A DNA stretch of 64,000 nt from Geosiphon pyriformis uo1. Lineage: Eukaryota; Fungi; Glomeromycota. The stretch's first letter is position 1; each line of letters starts with the position of its first letter. Below, piece after piece: positions 12,616 through 27,221 of the stretch. Below the pieces are notes generated by a model. That model was given only the letters and a program-made list of their open reading frames with translations. It ran no database searches and had not been told where the DNA came from. The DNA lies in assembly GCA_016748015.1 (NCBI GenBank), contig JAAOMT010000514.1:542924-606923 (forward strand), in the 5' to 3' direction. The position numbers and the translations under genes were made by a program.

Positions 12616-13960
12616 TTATTTGTTTGGTCTAATAATTATAATTGATTCCAGATCTTATGAAATTTCATTTGGTTGGACTAGTATTCTCTGTATTTCTAAT
12701 TGTGGAATATTACTGGTAGATGGTGACACTATATGGTGATATGGTTTCAGTCAATTACCATGTGCTGCTTTGGTTAAAATTTTGTTGTCCCATCTTAATT
12801 TATAAGCTCCATTTCCAAAAATTTCTTCTATGTGAAATGGTCCATCCCATTTAGAGTCAATTTTCTATTCCATTGTTTTTCTACTTTAGTATGATGTAGA
12901 AGTACTTTGTCTCCAATCTTGAATTCAACTGGTTTGTCTGGTAGTTGATTATCATGTCTTTCTTTTTGTTTTTCCTGCTATTTGTTTTTTAGTGTTTTTA
13001 TCAAGTTATATGTTCTTCTTAGCAACATTTTCTGCAAATTGTCTTTAGTTATTGGTTCTGTTGAATAAGTATTGACTTTTATTTCCACTGGTAATGTTGT
13101 TGTTCTATTGTATACTAATTTAAATAGTGTTGCCTATGTAATGTCTTGTTTTATTGTCCAATAAGCAAATAATACTGCTGGTATAATCAAGTCCTATTCA
13201 TCTTGGTTTTTTTGGCTGATTTTGGCAATGACTTCACACAATGTTTTGTTAAACTTTTTAACTAGTCCATTTTTTTGTGGATGGTATGGTGATGATAATG
13301 GTCTTTTTATTCCAATCTTTGACTTAATTCTGCCAATGTTTTATTTACAAAGTGAGTTTCTTGATCTGATAATAGTTTTTTTGAACATCTGTATTGACAT
13401 ATTAAATCTTAATAAACGAATTCAGTAACAGATTCTGCATTTGCTTTTTAAATGGCTTTTGCTTCTGGTCATTTTGTAAGATAATTCATGGCTACTGCAA
13501 TATATTTGTTGTCTCTACTGGTGATTGTTAATGGTCTGATTAAGTCAATTCCGACATAATCAAATGATTGTCTCACTTTGATTGGTCTTAATGGTTTACT
13601 GGGTCTTGTTTCTCCTTTTCTCTGATAAGCATCACAATTTTGGACATATTGGATGATGTCTGGATACATTGATGGCCAATAGTATCTTTTTTTGATTCTT
13701 TTTATTGTTGCTTCTTTATGAAAATATTCTGCTGTTGGATCTGAGTGCATGTTGAACAATATTGTCTCTTTCTCTGGTTCTGTGATTACTCTAGTTGGTT
13801 GATCTGGATTCTTTCTGTTTTTCTGGTAAAGTATGTTTTGGTGATTGATAAAATGTTTTAACTGCTGTTTTATATTGTTTTGTTTTTTTTGAGATAATTT
13901 CTCCTTGAACAATTGGGTATCTATATAATGTTGAAGTTGTTGGTATTTTTGTATATTCAT
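12616..13960 (-). pseudogene. int: E3 stand-alone integrase (3' end approximate)
   Basis: ATG at 13960 (MNIQKY); MHSDPTA, YYWP and VGIDL motifs. Confidence 0.9.
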
Positions 13961-13990
13961 GTTTTGTTATATTTTTGAGTTGAAATGTTT

Positions 13991-16900
13991 TTAGATTTGT
14001 TTTATTCATGACAAACCATCAGCATTTCTATTGTCTTTTCCTTTTTTATAATATACTGTATAATTAAATAATAAAAGTTTTATCTTCTATTTGGCATGGT
14101 GATTGTCTGCAAATTCTTATTTCTGGATTGAAATCAATCTTTTGTGATTAATGTATACATTAAACTTTTGACTAAAGTATTTTTTCCACTTAATGACAGC
14201 CCAATAGATAGCTAAGTGTTTTAATGCTGGAGTACCATAGTTCTTTTCTGCTGGACTTAAGTTTCTACTGGCATAAGCTACTAGATGTTCTCTTCCATCT
14301 GGTCTTTTCTGTAATAGTACTGCTCCCAATGCCTGGCCTGATGCATCAGTAGTGATGATAAATAGTTTGTTGTGATTTGGATACATCAACACTAGAGCTT
14401 AAATAAGCTTTCTTCTCAATATGTTGAATGCTTCTTGTTGAATTTCTGTTTATTTATACTTTACATTCTTAGTTTGTAAGTAATGAAGTGGCTGGGCCAG
14501 TTTAGAAAAGTTCTTGATGAAATGGCAATAATATCCAGTAAATTTCAAAAATAGTCTTAGTTCCGTCAAGTTGGTTGGTACTGGAAAGTTTTTTATTATT
14601 GCAATTTTATTTAGATCTATTTTAATGCCATCTTTGCTTACAACATATCCCAAAAATTTCAACTCTGTTTTGCCGAAAAAACACTTGGTCACATTTAATT
14701 TCAATTCTGCTCTTTTCAATCTTTCAAACACTTGTTGGAGATGATGCTGATAATCATCAAATGTCTTTGAAAACACATTGGTGTTATCTAAGTAAACAAC
14801 TACTGATTTCCACAGTAATCCAGTATAGACAATTTCTATGAGCCATTGGAATGTTGCTGGAGTGTTCATTAAGCCAAATGGCATCACTTCAAATTCAAAA
14901 TTTCTTTCCTGAGTTGTGAAAGCTGTTTTTTCCTTGTCTTCTGATTTCATGACTACTTGCCAGTAACTACTGTCTAAGTCTAATGTTGAAAATCATTTCT
15001 TTCCTCCAAAAGCATCAAACAGCTCTTGGATCTTTGGTGTTGGATAGTTATCTCCTTTGGTTACTCCATTCAACTTTGAGTAATCTACACAAAAGCAGAT
15101 TTTCCCATTCTTTTTTTAGACTAGTACCACTGGTAATGACTATGGACTCATTGATGGCTGAATTAGCCTATTGTTAAGCATCTGATTGATTTCTTGATAA
15201 ATGATTTCATGGCTAGCTGGTGGTACTCTGTATGCTCTCTGTTTAATTGGCATTGTATCTCCAGTCTTGATTTGATGTTAGATAATGTCAGTTTTGCCAA
15301 ATTTGTTTTTGCTAACAAAGATATTATTAAAATTGTTGAGTAACATTTTGAGCTGCATATGTTATAATGGATCTAAGTTTTCCATGTTCATTTGTTCCAA
15401 TTGTTTTGATTGGAGTAAATAACATTCTTCTTGTCCATATATAGTTTGAGATGTAATATCCACATATCTACACAGTTATAGAAAGTCTGGAATAATGTTT
15501 GGGAATTGGTCTTCAATTTCTGTGATCAAATATCCAATAGTGATTTCTTTTAGTATCTCGATAATATCTTCTGTATTGTTGTAAATGGGAATTTTAATAT
15601 GGCTGTGGTTTTTGGCTAATATGTGTAGATTGACTAATCCAATATTTCCTGATTCACAAAGTGTTGCTTCTGCTTCAAAAATCTGTATCTGATCTTTTAC
15701 TTTTTTTTCTATTACTATTATGTACTGGTCATATGGTAGGATGAAAATTGGTTGACAGGTGGAAATAATTTCTCCCTTGTCAATAATTTTTTCCTCTGCC
15801 ATATTAACTGATACATCTATTCTATCTGTAGATCCAAATCCCTGTATCTCTCTAGCAGTGATCCCTAATTCTTCTTTGTTTCTCACTGATACTAATTAAG
15901 CTATTTTAACCAGAGGCAGGAATATTGCCTGTGCTATCTTTTCATTTGGATCTATGATATATGCTCTTTCTGAGTCATTTTGTAGTATTGCAATAATATT
16001 TCTTACATATCCTGTATCAATTATTCCTTTTTTGATGTTAATTCCCTTTTTTGCTAAGCTATTTCTAGATGCTAACTAAACCATTGTTGTTGCTGGAATT
16101 TCCAGTGCTATTTTGAGATTGATACAGGTGCATAAATGGGATTTCAATTTGATAGGATCTTTTCTTGGATATCTCAGATCAAACTCTGTATCAGTATTAT
16201 GTATGTGTTCTGGCATAATACCTTTGTTATTATTACTGAACCATTTAAGTTCCTGTTCCTTGGTGAAATTAGAGAGTGCAATGTATGTTTTGGAGTTTGA
16301 ATAAGAGTTCAAATTACTATATTTTTTATTGCTACATTGAGCAGAGCTGAAACTGTTGTTTTTGTCATTATTATTGTTGGAGTTTGAATCGGAATTGAAA
16401 GTTGATTCCAATTCTAATGTGCAGCTGCTGATTGGTTTCTTCTCTTCCAGGATTATGTAGATTATACATGATGGTAAATTGTAAATAAGATCATACTTAT
16501 TATAATATTGAAAGTCACATGGGATCAAACAGTGGTCACATAGCCGAGTGTTGATTTGGGTCAAACACTGCTCTTGTTCTTCTCTTGTTGGTGCCAAATG
16601 TTGGTAGTGTTCATGGAATTCTTCTGGGCCAGCTTCCAGGTCCGTGAAAGCATCTGGGTTGGGAATCAAAACAATATTGGCTGGTTCCAGAGAGTTGTTC
16701 TTGATTTTCAATATTTCACTGAGCATGATGCCTTCTACTTTGGTGTTTGTCATCTATCAGATCTTATTCTTGTTGTGTAGATACCTGTTTAAGCAATTAA
16801 TTGCTCATCCAGTCACTGATGAAAATCGTGTATTGGCATAAAGCATCACATATTCCTCCTTGCCCAGGAATATTATTCTACATTCCTTTATTGAGCAACT

Positions 16901-18614
16901 GTTCACTGCAAGCAAGACATGGTTTGTTGTCTTACTTTCCTTGACATTTTGGGTAGCTGTATTGTTTTTTATGGCATGGTTTACAGTAGTAATACATACA
17001 TGTTTAGTAGTTTTTATCTGGTGCCACCCAAGCTCCCATGGAAGAAAGTTTTTTCCCACAGTCCTTGTATTTGAAAGGTATATATGGCAGTTTCTTTATT
17101 GGTTCTCATGAATATTTTTTTTCCCAACCACTAGTTATTTTTTCTGTGACAGTGGTTCTTTGGGTAGGTTTTCTTACTTCCTTTTTTTTCTCTTTGTCAG
17201 TTTCTTCCCATTTCCAGTTCCCAGATTTGGTCTGTGTTCCAAATAAGTTCTTCTTTTTGTTTTCCTTTTTTGTTGTTATCTCAAGAGAGTATTGGCAGTA
17301 GTTTATTGTGGTCCTCATCAGCCGATAACACTTGATAAGCTTCTCAGGTAGATTTCTCTCTCTCTTACTCAAAGTCAATGAGTGGCTGCCTCGTAGTGCT
17401 AAGTTTAAAATGGCCACATGTCACTGGTACTCATGTATGTTGGCCATTTTGACTGATTTGCAACTCTTGGGTGGTTCAGTCCAGCATCACATTGGTTTTA
17501 AATAGCCAATTATTGCCAACTAGAGCTTAGTATTGAGTGGTTTTCATTACCAGAACTTTGATTGGTATTATAATGCTATTAATTTCTATGGAAAGGTTAT
17601 CTATTTTACCAATTGGAGTCTTGGTGGCTCCATCAGCTGTAATTATCCTTGCACTGACAGCTTAATCAACTTGGTGACCTAATTGGTTCATGAGATGTTT
17701 TGTGATAATGCTGTCAGCTAATCTACTGTCTAAGATCAGTGTGATCAATTTTAGCATCAGTATATATGGTGGTAATTGGTTTTTTTCAAGTGCGACTCCA
17801 TTGAGCAATGGCATGGATGATAGTTCTTTGAATTTGAATGAGAAGATAGCTGTAAGTGATTCGTTGTTGGTGACAATGGCTGGTGGGATGTTGTTAGTAA
17901 AATTTTTCTGGTTTGTTTCCAAGTTGTTGAATGCAGTGTCTTTTGGGGTAACTAGAAGACTTAAATACTATTGAGCATTCGGGTTTTAAGTGTACCCAGT
18001 GCCCAAATTTTGTTGTCGAGATTTTGATGGCTGGTTTAAGAAACTGGAGATCAGTTGATAGACTACCATTGACAATCTTCAGCTCTGTTGTATCAGTCTT
18101 GGCCTTTGGGTTCCATTTTGAGGTAAGTTTTGTGGTGATGTTTGAATTTGTTGGAGTTGATAAATTACTTGAGGCTGCGGCTAATAAATAGGCTGGGATT
18201 GTGATTGATAGATTACTGGTGTTGTCAGCTGATAAACTGGTGGTTGATAGATTGGCTGTTGTGTCATAGATAAGTAATTTGGTTGATATAGTTCTGAGTT
18301 TGATTGGTAATTTGGAGTCTGAAACCTGTGATCAAAGTTTTGATATTGATTTTCTGATTATTGGTTATCTAGTCTTAACTTACAGTCAATTTTCAAATGT
18401 CCTTGTTTATCACAGTAGTGACAAACATGTATTTCTTGCTGCCATATCTGATTGGTCAAAAATAATAAACATGACTGATTTAGTGGGCAATTTATGCTTC
18501 CAGAATTATTATGTCATTGAGGTGGCTAATAAATTGCACAATTGTCAGCTAAGTATCCTTTCAATTTCTGATTAATTGAATCACTGAGCTGTTTCAATTT
18601 GGAATTCAAGTCAG
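13991..18614 (-). pseudogene. gag-pol: E3 gag-pol 3' part (knuckle, PR, Cys-rich insert, dUTPase, RT, RH)
   Basis: MPFGL, VVVYLDN, TTDASG and QGFGST motifs; stop at 13991-13993. Confidence 0.92.
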
Positions 18615-19492
18615 TATTATTCATAGAAATATAGAAAATATATTAGTATGATTATTAGCCAATCAAAAGTAGGCGTAGTAAATATGAAATTCTAGGATTC
18701 CTCTCAGAAATTGCAGGATTCCAGAAATTTCAGGATTCCCTGATGAGGAATTGCAGGATTCCAGAATTCCAGGATTTTTCTCAAAGGAATTGCAGGATTC
18801 CAGGAATTCCAGGATTCCCGTCATGAAGAATCGAGGAATTGAGGAATCTTAATTATGTATATATAGCAGTAGTGCTAAAAGTAGAAAAAACAGAATCTTT
18901 TAGTTAGAAATCTTCTAGTTTAAATTTGATCTAAACAACCTTTTATTCACAAATATTAATAAATAATTATTTACTATCTCAATCCACTCTCCACTATTAA
19001 CACTTCATGTTGATAGCAATTGATACTTAACCATACTGGAACAATATTTCTTGATCATGGCTATTAATAGAATATTAATTTGCAATTGCATTGGCTCATT
19101 TTTTTATTTTTTATTTTTTTTATTTTTTTTCTTTGATTTTATTGTTGTGTACTAAATTAATTAAGAGAATTAAAGTGCTGAGTTACTGACATCACAAATA
19201 GTCTGGTAAAAAACCCAGAAATAAGAATAGGATTTTATATATTATCAGATAGCTTACCAGAAGAACATGACTGCCAGACTAAATCCAGCCACCACGCTAA
19301 GAAAGAAATTGGGAAAACTCTTAGAAAGATACATTTACTATTGACACTATTGAATCTCTGTTCATTATACAAAGAACTCCAACAAAACCTTCAGATACAA
19401 CATTTGCAGAACCTTATCCATGGAAATAGCTTTTGAGCACCAAGTTATGGGTTTGTTATTTAATTCAACAGCAGAAATAATCATCTGTAATA
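18615..19492 (+). repeat. E4 5' LTR
   Basis: Decayed TATTAT...TGTAATA ends; matches 27865-28715 except for a central segment. Confidence 0.93.
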
Positions 19493-19494
19493 TT

Positions 19495-19510
19495 TGATGC
19501 TCCCTGTAAG
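19495..19510 (+). other. E4 primer-binding site
   Basis: TGATGCTCCCTGTAAG, a decayed version of the E3 PBS TGGTGCTCTCTGTGAG. Confidence 0.8.
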
Positions 19511-19554
19511 GTATAATCTTACAGAGAACCAGCACCAACAACACCAAACCAAAA

Positions 19555-22500
19555 GTGGCAGAATCAGAAATAATAGGGACAAATCATCTAGGATTCGCAA
19601 AATTCTTATTTCAACAATACAACCAGCAGCTAGGCCTAAACAACAACCATTACCCAGCAGAATCAGCTTTCAACTTCTATGTTAATGAAAGAATCACAGA
19701 TTTCTTAGGAAGACCAGTTGACATTGAATCAGCAAGAGAAAATTTCTATTCGGAATTAATCTAACACACCAACTTACCCAGAAATCACAGCTTTGCACCC
19801 ATCATTAGAGAAATCAACAAAGAAATTGAAAGATATACACAAAGGACATTCTCTATTACTTACCAAGACAAAGACAAAGGAAAACTACAGACACCAGCAG
19901 TAACATCCAAAGGAATACAAATTCCTAACTGGAAAAAACAAAGAATTGAATCTCTGTTATACCCATTATATCATCACACATCCAGAAGTACCATCAACAT
20001 CACATCAGCAGATGCATCCACCAGTACAAAGACGCCATTAGTAAGAATCACATTTCAGAGTAAACAAAAGAAAAACAAACTATTAGGAGCATATGGCGAT
20101 TATTTTGAAGAATTTAAATCAAGATCGCCAACACCATCAGAATTTCGATCACTACCTCATCAGCCAGATTTTGGAATCATCAGTCTCTGGAAAATTACTG
20201 AATCAGAAAAAAACGAAGATGAGGATCAGGAATTTAATTACCAAAACCTGGTCCTAGAAGACCTGAACATTCAAACACAGCAACATTTAGAAAATTCGGA
20301 AATCAAAACTCCGAATATTCAAATCCTGTCAAATCAAAGAAATCAAAACCCCGAGTTAATTCAGCAGCAAAATCTACTTTCAGTTATCATTATCAATCAA
20401 CCACCAATTGAGCCGATTGGTGAGCCAATTCAATTACCTCAAGTACCACTCCAACAACCATTATCTCTTCAACAACTACTTCAATAGCCATCACAACCAC
20501 CCAACTTAGATCCAATGGCCTACACACCAATCACAAAACTTGACAACTTTACTGGCAAAGAAAATGATGCTCAAGTATAGCTAAATGATGTGGAAAAGGC
20601 CATCGCAGCCAATAGATAAAATGATGCCTAAGCAATGCAAGCCATTCCCTACTTTCTCAAGAATACTGCCAATTCATGGTATCAGAGCTTGATTAATAAA
20701 CCACAAGATTTTGATGCCTTCAAAGTGAAATTCCTAAGATACTTCAGCAACAATAACAGCATCAATCACTTAGTCAACACATTCACCACCATAAAACAAA
20801 AAGAAACTGAAGCAGTCACCACTTATCTGGGACACTTCTATTGAAATCTGTGCCAAATTCAAGCAATTGACACCAACTATTTTACAGCCCCACAGATACT
20901 CAACCAGTTTATCCGTGGCCTGTGCAGCAGCATCTTGCAACATGTACGTCCGTTGCATCTAGACACTCTTCAAGACGCAGTCACATGCGCCAGAGATTTT
21001 GAATCTGCTAAGTCAAAGACCAACCACGCCCAAGCTGTTAATCTAGTAATAAACGGATCATCTGAATTGGATTCCAAATTGAAGAAGTTCAGTGAATCAA
21101 TTAATAAGAGATTGGAAGGATATTTAGCTGACAATCACACCATTTATCAGCCTCCACAATGACGCAATAATCAAGAAAACTCTAATCATGCCCAAAATCA
21201 ACCATGTCTATCTTCATCGACTAATCAACAGTGGCAACAGAAAATGTGTATCTGCTATTATTGTGGTAAACAAGAACATATCCAAATTGACTGTCATCAG
21301 CATTTAAATAACCAATAATTGGGAAATCAATATCAAAACCCCGATCGCCAGTTCCAAACTCTGAATCAGTACCCAAATCAAAACCAACCCGCTTACCTAC
21401 CAGTAACGCAGTCATTAATCTATCAATCTCCAGTGTATCAAGCTCCAATCTATCAACCGCAGTCACAAGTAATTTATCAACAACTGCAACCACAAATAAT
21501 CTATCAACCCCAACAAATCCAAACACCACCCCAAAGCTTACCACTCAACAAAACCCAAAGACTAAGAATGACTCAACAGAGCTGGAGATTGACAATGGTA
21601 GTCTATCAACTGATCCCCAGTTTTTCACAGCAACCATCTGGATTATGCTAGTAGAATTCAGGTGCCAGTCAACTCCAGAACCTGAATTCCCAGAACTATT
21701 TAAGTCTTCTGGTCACCCCAGAAGACGCCTCAACCAATAACCCAGCATTTGCCCAAAAACAATCACTCACCAGTAATATCTTACCTGTTACTATCACCAA
21801 AGACAAGTCTTTGGCTGCTATATTCCCATTTGAATTTGAGAAAACAACTACAACACCATTATTTAGTGGAGCCACTCTTGAAGCCAAACCAATCACTATG
21901 ATGTACACTAATGCCAAAGTCAAGAGACAATCCATCAAATTGATTTTTGACAGCAGTTCAGCAGGCAGCATCATCACATGACAACTCATGGATCAATTAG
22001 GTTGTCGAGTTGATTGAACTGCCAATGCCAAAATCATCACAGCCAATGGAACGACCAAAACTCCAATTGGCGAAATCGATGACTTCTCTTTTGAAGTTAA
22101 TGGTATCATGACTTCTATTAAAGTTCTAGTGATAGAAGCCATTCAATACCAAGCTCTTGTTGGTAATGACTGGCTGTCCAAAGTCAATGCAACATTAGAC
22201 TGGAACACCCAAAAACTCCAGCTAATATATCAGGGCCAACACATACATGTACCAGCCATGTGTGGCCATTTCAAGACTCCTCCAAGAGAGAAACTATTGA
22301 TCAAACTGGAGGAGGAGAAAGAGAAACCTATCTGGGAAGCTTACCAAGTCTCTTGGACCAACGCCGACTACAATGAACTACTATCAATACTCTCGTGGAA
22401 TGACAATCCTAAGGGAAAGCAAAAAGAGAAACTGACCTGGGAAACAGACAATTTGACCTAGACTGACAACAAACAGGAAGAACCATTGAGTTGGAAGTGA

Positions 22501-25500
22501 AAAGAAAAAAAGAGAAAAGAAAAAGAGAGGGAGGAAGAAAACACTCAAGCCAACAATACTTATATCCCATACACCTATGGTCAACAACAATTATCAATTT
22601 ATCGCTGACCCAAACTAATATGCGTTGATTGTGACAAGAAATTGTTGTCAATGGGCACATGTTGTGGTGACAATGAAGAATATTAGATGGCAACTAAGTT
22701 CTATTGCCGTGCATGCCATGTTGAACGTTTTGGAAGACCAAAGTAAGTGGGAAAATGGGATAATACACCATGTATAGCCTGTGGAGAAACTCTTCTCAAT
22801 GAAGGAATGTAGAACAACATTCTGGAGAGAGGAGGAACATGCGACATGTCCTGCCAATACACGATCCTCATCAGCGACTGGGTCAAGAAAGAAACACCCA
22901 TAGAAGCCACCTGGAGAAGAGCTGTACAGTGATTGGACAGTTGTCCACACAACGACAATAAATTATGGTGGATGGCAATTGCCAAAATTGAAAGCGCATC
23001 GCCAGAAGAAATCAGAACAATTAAAAACAACCCACCAGAACCCATCAAGCTTGACTGGGATGCAGGGCCAGTCATAAATTTTCTGGAACCAAAAGAGTTC
23101 CATGAATACTACCAAAACTTGGCACCCACTAGAGAAGAGTAAGAACAATGGCTAGCACAGTTAAATACAAGACTGTGTCGCCATTGTTTAATTCCCAGTG
23201 ACTTTGAATATTGTGATAATTGTGACCTCATTTACAATTCACCACTACACATGATCTACACAATCTCTGAAGAAGAAAAACCAATCAGCAGCTGTGCATT
23301 GAAATCAGAATTGCTGATCAATCGTGATCCAAACTCTGACAACAATGATGAAAACACTGGTTCCAGCTTCATTCAAAATAACAATAACAACAAAGACGAT
23401 TCAAACTCTAATTTAAACTATGAACAATACATTGTACTACCAGATCTCTCCAAGGAACAAGAGTTGAAATGATATAGTGACAATGGAGAAGGTATTATGC
23501 CAGAACATGCACATGATACTAATGCAGGATTTGATCTGAGATATCTAGGAAAAGAGGCCATCAAATTGGAGCCACATTCACGCACCTGTATTGATCTGAA
23601 AGTAGCACTAGAAATTCCAGCAACAACAATGGTTCAATTAGCATTTAGGGGTAGTTTAGCAAAAAGAGAGATTAATATAAGAGAAAGAATAATTGACGCG
23701 AGATATGTAGGAAATATCATTGTCATGCTACAAAATAACTTCGAAAAGACCTATATTATAGAGCCAAACAAAAAGATAGCACAGGCAATATTCCTGTCTT
23801 TGGTTAAAATAGCTCAATTAGTATCAATGGGAAACAGGGAAAAGTTAGGAATAACAGCAAGAGGGATACAAAGATTTGGGTCAATGGGTAGAATAGATGT
23901 ATCAGTTAATATGGCGGAAAAAAAAATTGTTTGCCAAGGAGAAATTATCTCAACCAGTCAAGCTATTTCCATTTCACCATATAACCAATACATGTTAGCA
24001 ATAGAAAAGAAGAAAAAAGGCCAAGCACAAATTTTTAAAGCAGAAGCCAGTCTTTGTCAATTAGGAGAAGTTGGACTCATCAATCTCCACATACCAGCCA
24101 AAGATTACAGCCACATCAAAATTCCCATCTACAACAATACAGGAAATGTCATAGAAATACCAGCTGGAACTATTATTGGATACTTAAACACTAAAATAGA
24201 AGATCAACCACCAAACCCCATTCCAGACTTTCCACAACTTTGTGAATATGTTGATATCATATCACAAACAATATATGGATGAAGTGAATGTTATTTGCTC
24301 CAACCAGAACAATTGGAACAAATGAACATGAAAAACTTAGATCCACTCCAACGTATGCAACTCAAGATGTTGCTTAACCAGTTCAATGACATCTTTGCCA
24401 GCAAAAATGAGTTTGGCCGAACTGACATCATCCAGCATCAAATCAAGATTAAAGATACAATGCTAATTAAACAAAGAACATACAGAGTGCCACCAGCTAG
24501 CCACGAGATTATTCGTCAAGAGATAAACCAAATGCTTGACAATAGGCTAATTCAGCCATTAATGAGCCCATAGTCATTACCAGTGGTACTCGTCTGTAAG
24601 AAGAATGAAAAGATCCGATTTTGTGTAGATTACAGAAAACTCAATAGTGTAACTCGTGGAGACAGCTACCCAATTCCATGGATACAGGAATTATTTAATG
24701 CTTTTGGCAGAAACAAATGGTTCTCAACATTAGACTTAGATAGTGATTACTGGCAAGTAGCCATGAATCTGGCCAACAAAGAGAAGATGGCATTCACTAC
24801 TAGAGAAGAGAATTTCGAATTTGAAGTGATGCCATTCGGCTTAACCAATGCCCCAGCAACTTTCCAATGGTTAATGGAAATCATTTATACTGACTTATTG
24901 TGAAAATCAGTAGTTGTATATTTGAATAACACCAATGTATTTTCAAAAACGTTTGATAATCATCTTTATCATCTTTAACAAGAGTTTGAAAGACTAAGAA
25001 GAGCAGGACTAAAGTTAAATGCAACAAAATGCTTTTTTGGCAAGACAGAACTAAAATTCTTGGGACACATAGTCAGCAAAGACAGCATCAAAACAGATCC
25101 AGAGAAAATAGAGATAGTAAAGAACTTTCTAGTGCTGACCAATATGACAGAACTGAAATCATTCTTGGGATTCACTAGCTACTATTGACGTTTTATCAAG
25201 AATTTTTCCAAGATAGCGCAGCCACTCAACCAACTACAAACCAAGAATACCAAATATGAATGGGCAGAAAATCAACAAGAAGCTTTTGACATTTTGAAAA
25301 GAAAGCTCATTCAAGCTTCAGTACTGATTTATCCAAATTACAGCAAACCATTCATCATTACCACTGATGCATCCGGCCAAGCATTGGGAGCAGTATTATC
25401 TCAGAGAGGACCAGACGGCAGAAAACATCCAGTAGCATATGCCAGTAAAGGTTTAATACCAGCCAAAAAGAACTATGGAACACCAGAACTAGAACATTTA

Positions 25501-25722
25501 GCAATTTATTGGGCAGTCATGAAATGGAAAGAATACTTGAGCCAGAAGTTTGAAGTATACACAGATCACAAGGAACTAACATCACTCCAAAAACAAGAAT
25601 TTGGGGATGGAAGACAGTCAAGATGGAAAATGGCATTCGCACTATACAATTATACTATACAGTACAAAAAAGGAAAAGACAATAGAAATGCTGATGGTTT
25701 GTCACAAATAAGACAAATCTAA
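19555..25722 (+). pseudogene. gag-pol: E4 gag-PR-Cys-rich-dUTPase-RT-RH in a single reading frame with many nonsense mutations
   Basis: All sense-strand ORF fragments from 19555 to 25294 share one frame; starts at GTG; first in-frame ATG at 20515; CYYCGKQEHIQIDC knuckle. Confidence 0.94.
23461..23890 (+). pseudogene. dut: dUTPase domain of E4
   Basis: AGFDLR, RGSLA, IIDARYVG, KIAQAI and RGIQRFGSMG motifs. Confidence 0.9.
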
Positions 25723-25784
25723 GAACATTTTAACACAAAAATATAACAAAACCAGAACAATACCAACGAAAAATGTAACAAAAG

Positions 25785-27167
25785 ATAAACATACAAAAAT
25801 ATCAACAACTGCAACATTATATAAACACTCAACAGTTCAAGGAGAATTTATCTCAAATAGAACAAAAAAGTATCAAACAACAATCAAAATATTTTATCAC
25901 TCACCAAAATATACTTTATCGAAAAAATAGAAAAAATCCAGATCAACCAACCAGAGTAGTTACAGAACCAGAAAAAGAGACAATATTATTCAACATGCAC
26001 TCAAATCCAACAGCAGGACATTTTCACAAAGAAGCAACCATGGAAAAAACCAGAAAAAGATACTATTGGCCATCAATATATCCAAACATCATTCAATATG
26101 TTCAAAATTGTGATGCTTGTCAGCAAAGAGGAGGTACAAAACCCAGTGAACCGTTAAGACCAATCAAAGTAAGACAACCATTTGACCGTGTTAGAATTGA
26201 TCTAGTCAGACCATTAACAATCACCAGTAAAAGAAACAGATATATAGCAATAGCCATGGACTATCTCACTAAATGGCCAGAGGTGAAAGCAATTCAAAGA
26301 GCAGATGCAGAATCCATTGCCGAATTTGTTCATCAAGATTTAATTTGTTGACACGGATGTCTAAAGGAATTATTATCAGACCAAGGAACTCATTTTGTGA
26401 ACAGAACATTAACAGAATTGAGCCAAAGATTCGGAATTAAGAGACCATTATTATCACCATACCATCCACAAACCAACAGATTAGTCGAAAGATTCAACAG
26501 AACATTGTGTGAAGCAATTGCCAAACTCAGCCAAGAAAACCAGGACAAATGGGACTTGTTTATACCATCAGTATTATTTGCTTATCGGACAATAAAGTAA
26601 GATACTACACAAGCAATGCCATTCAAATTAGTATATGATAGAACAGCAACATTACCAGTAGAGAGAAAAATTAATATATATCCAGCTAAACCAATAACAA
26701 AAGAGAATTTTCAAGAAACATTGCTGAGAAAAACATATGACTTAATGGAAACATTGGAAAACAAATGAAAAAAAACAGCTGATAATATTCAAAAGTCACA
26801 AGAGAAACAGAAAGAAAGACATGATAGTCAACTACTAAACAAACCAGTTGAATTCAAGATTGGAGACAAAGTACTCTTACATCATACTAAAGCAGAAAAA
26901 CAATAGAGTGGAAAATTCGACCCCAAATGAGATGGACTATTTCACATAGAAGAAATTCTAGGGAATGGAGCTTACAAATTAAGACTGGATAACAAAATTT
27001 TAACCAAAGCAGCACATGGAGATTGACTAAAACCATACCACAACATCACACCACCATCTACCAGTAATATTCCACAATTAAGAGTACAGAGAATACTAGT
27101 CCAATCAGATGAGATTCCACGAGATCTGGAACCAATTGTGATTATTGACAACAACATGTTAAATTAA
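25785..27167 (+). pseudogene. int: E4 stand-alone integrase (start decayed to ATA)
   Basis: H..AGH, CDACQ, LSDQGTHF and YHPQTN.LVERFNRTL motifs; different frame from pol. Confidence 0.9.
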
Positions 27168-27221
27168 TTCATAAAAAGAATATATAAAAACACAGTAGAC
27201 ACAACAGAAAATGTCAGAAAA

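Noticed and set aside
436-24000. Many short antisense or alternate-frame ORFs over gag-pol
   Set aside because: Shadows of the biased sense-strand coding sequence
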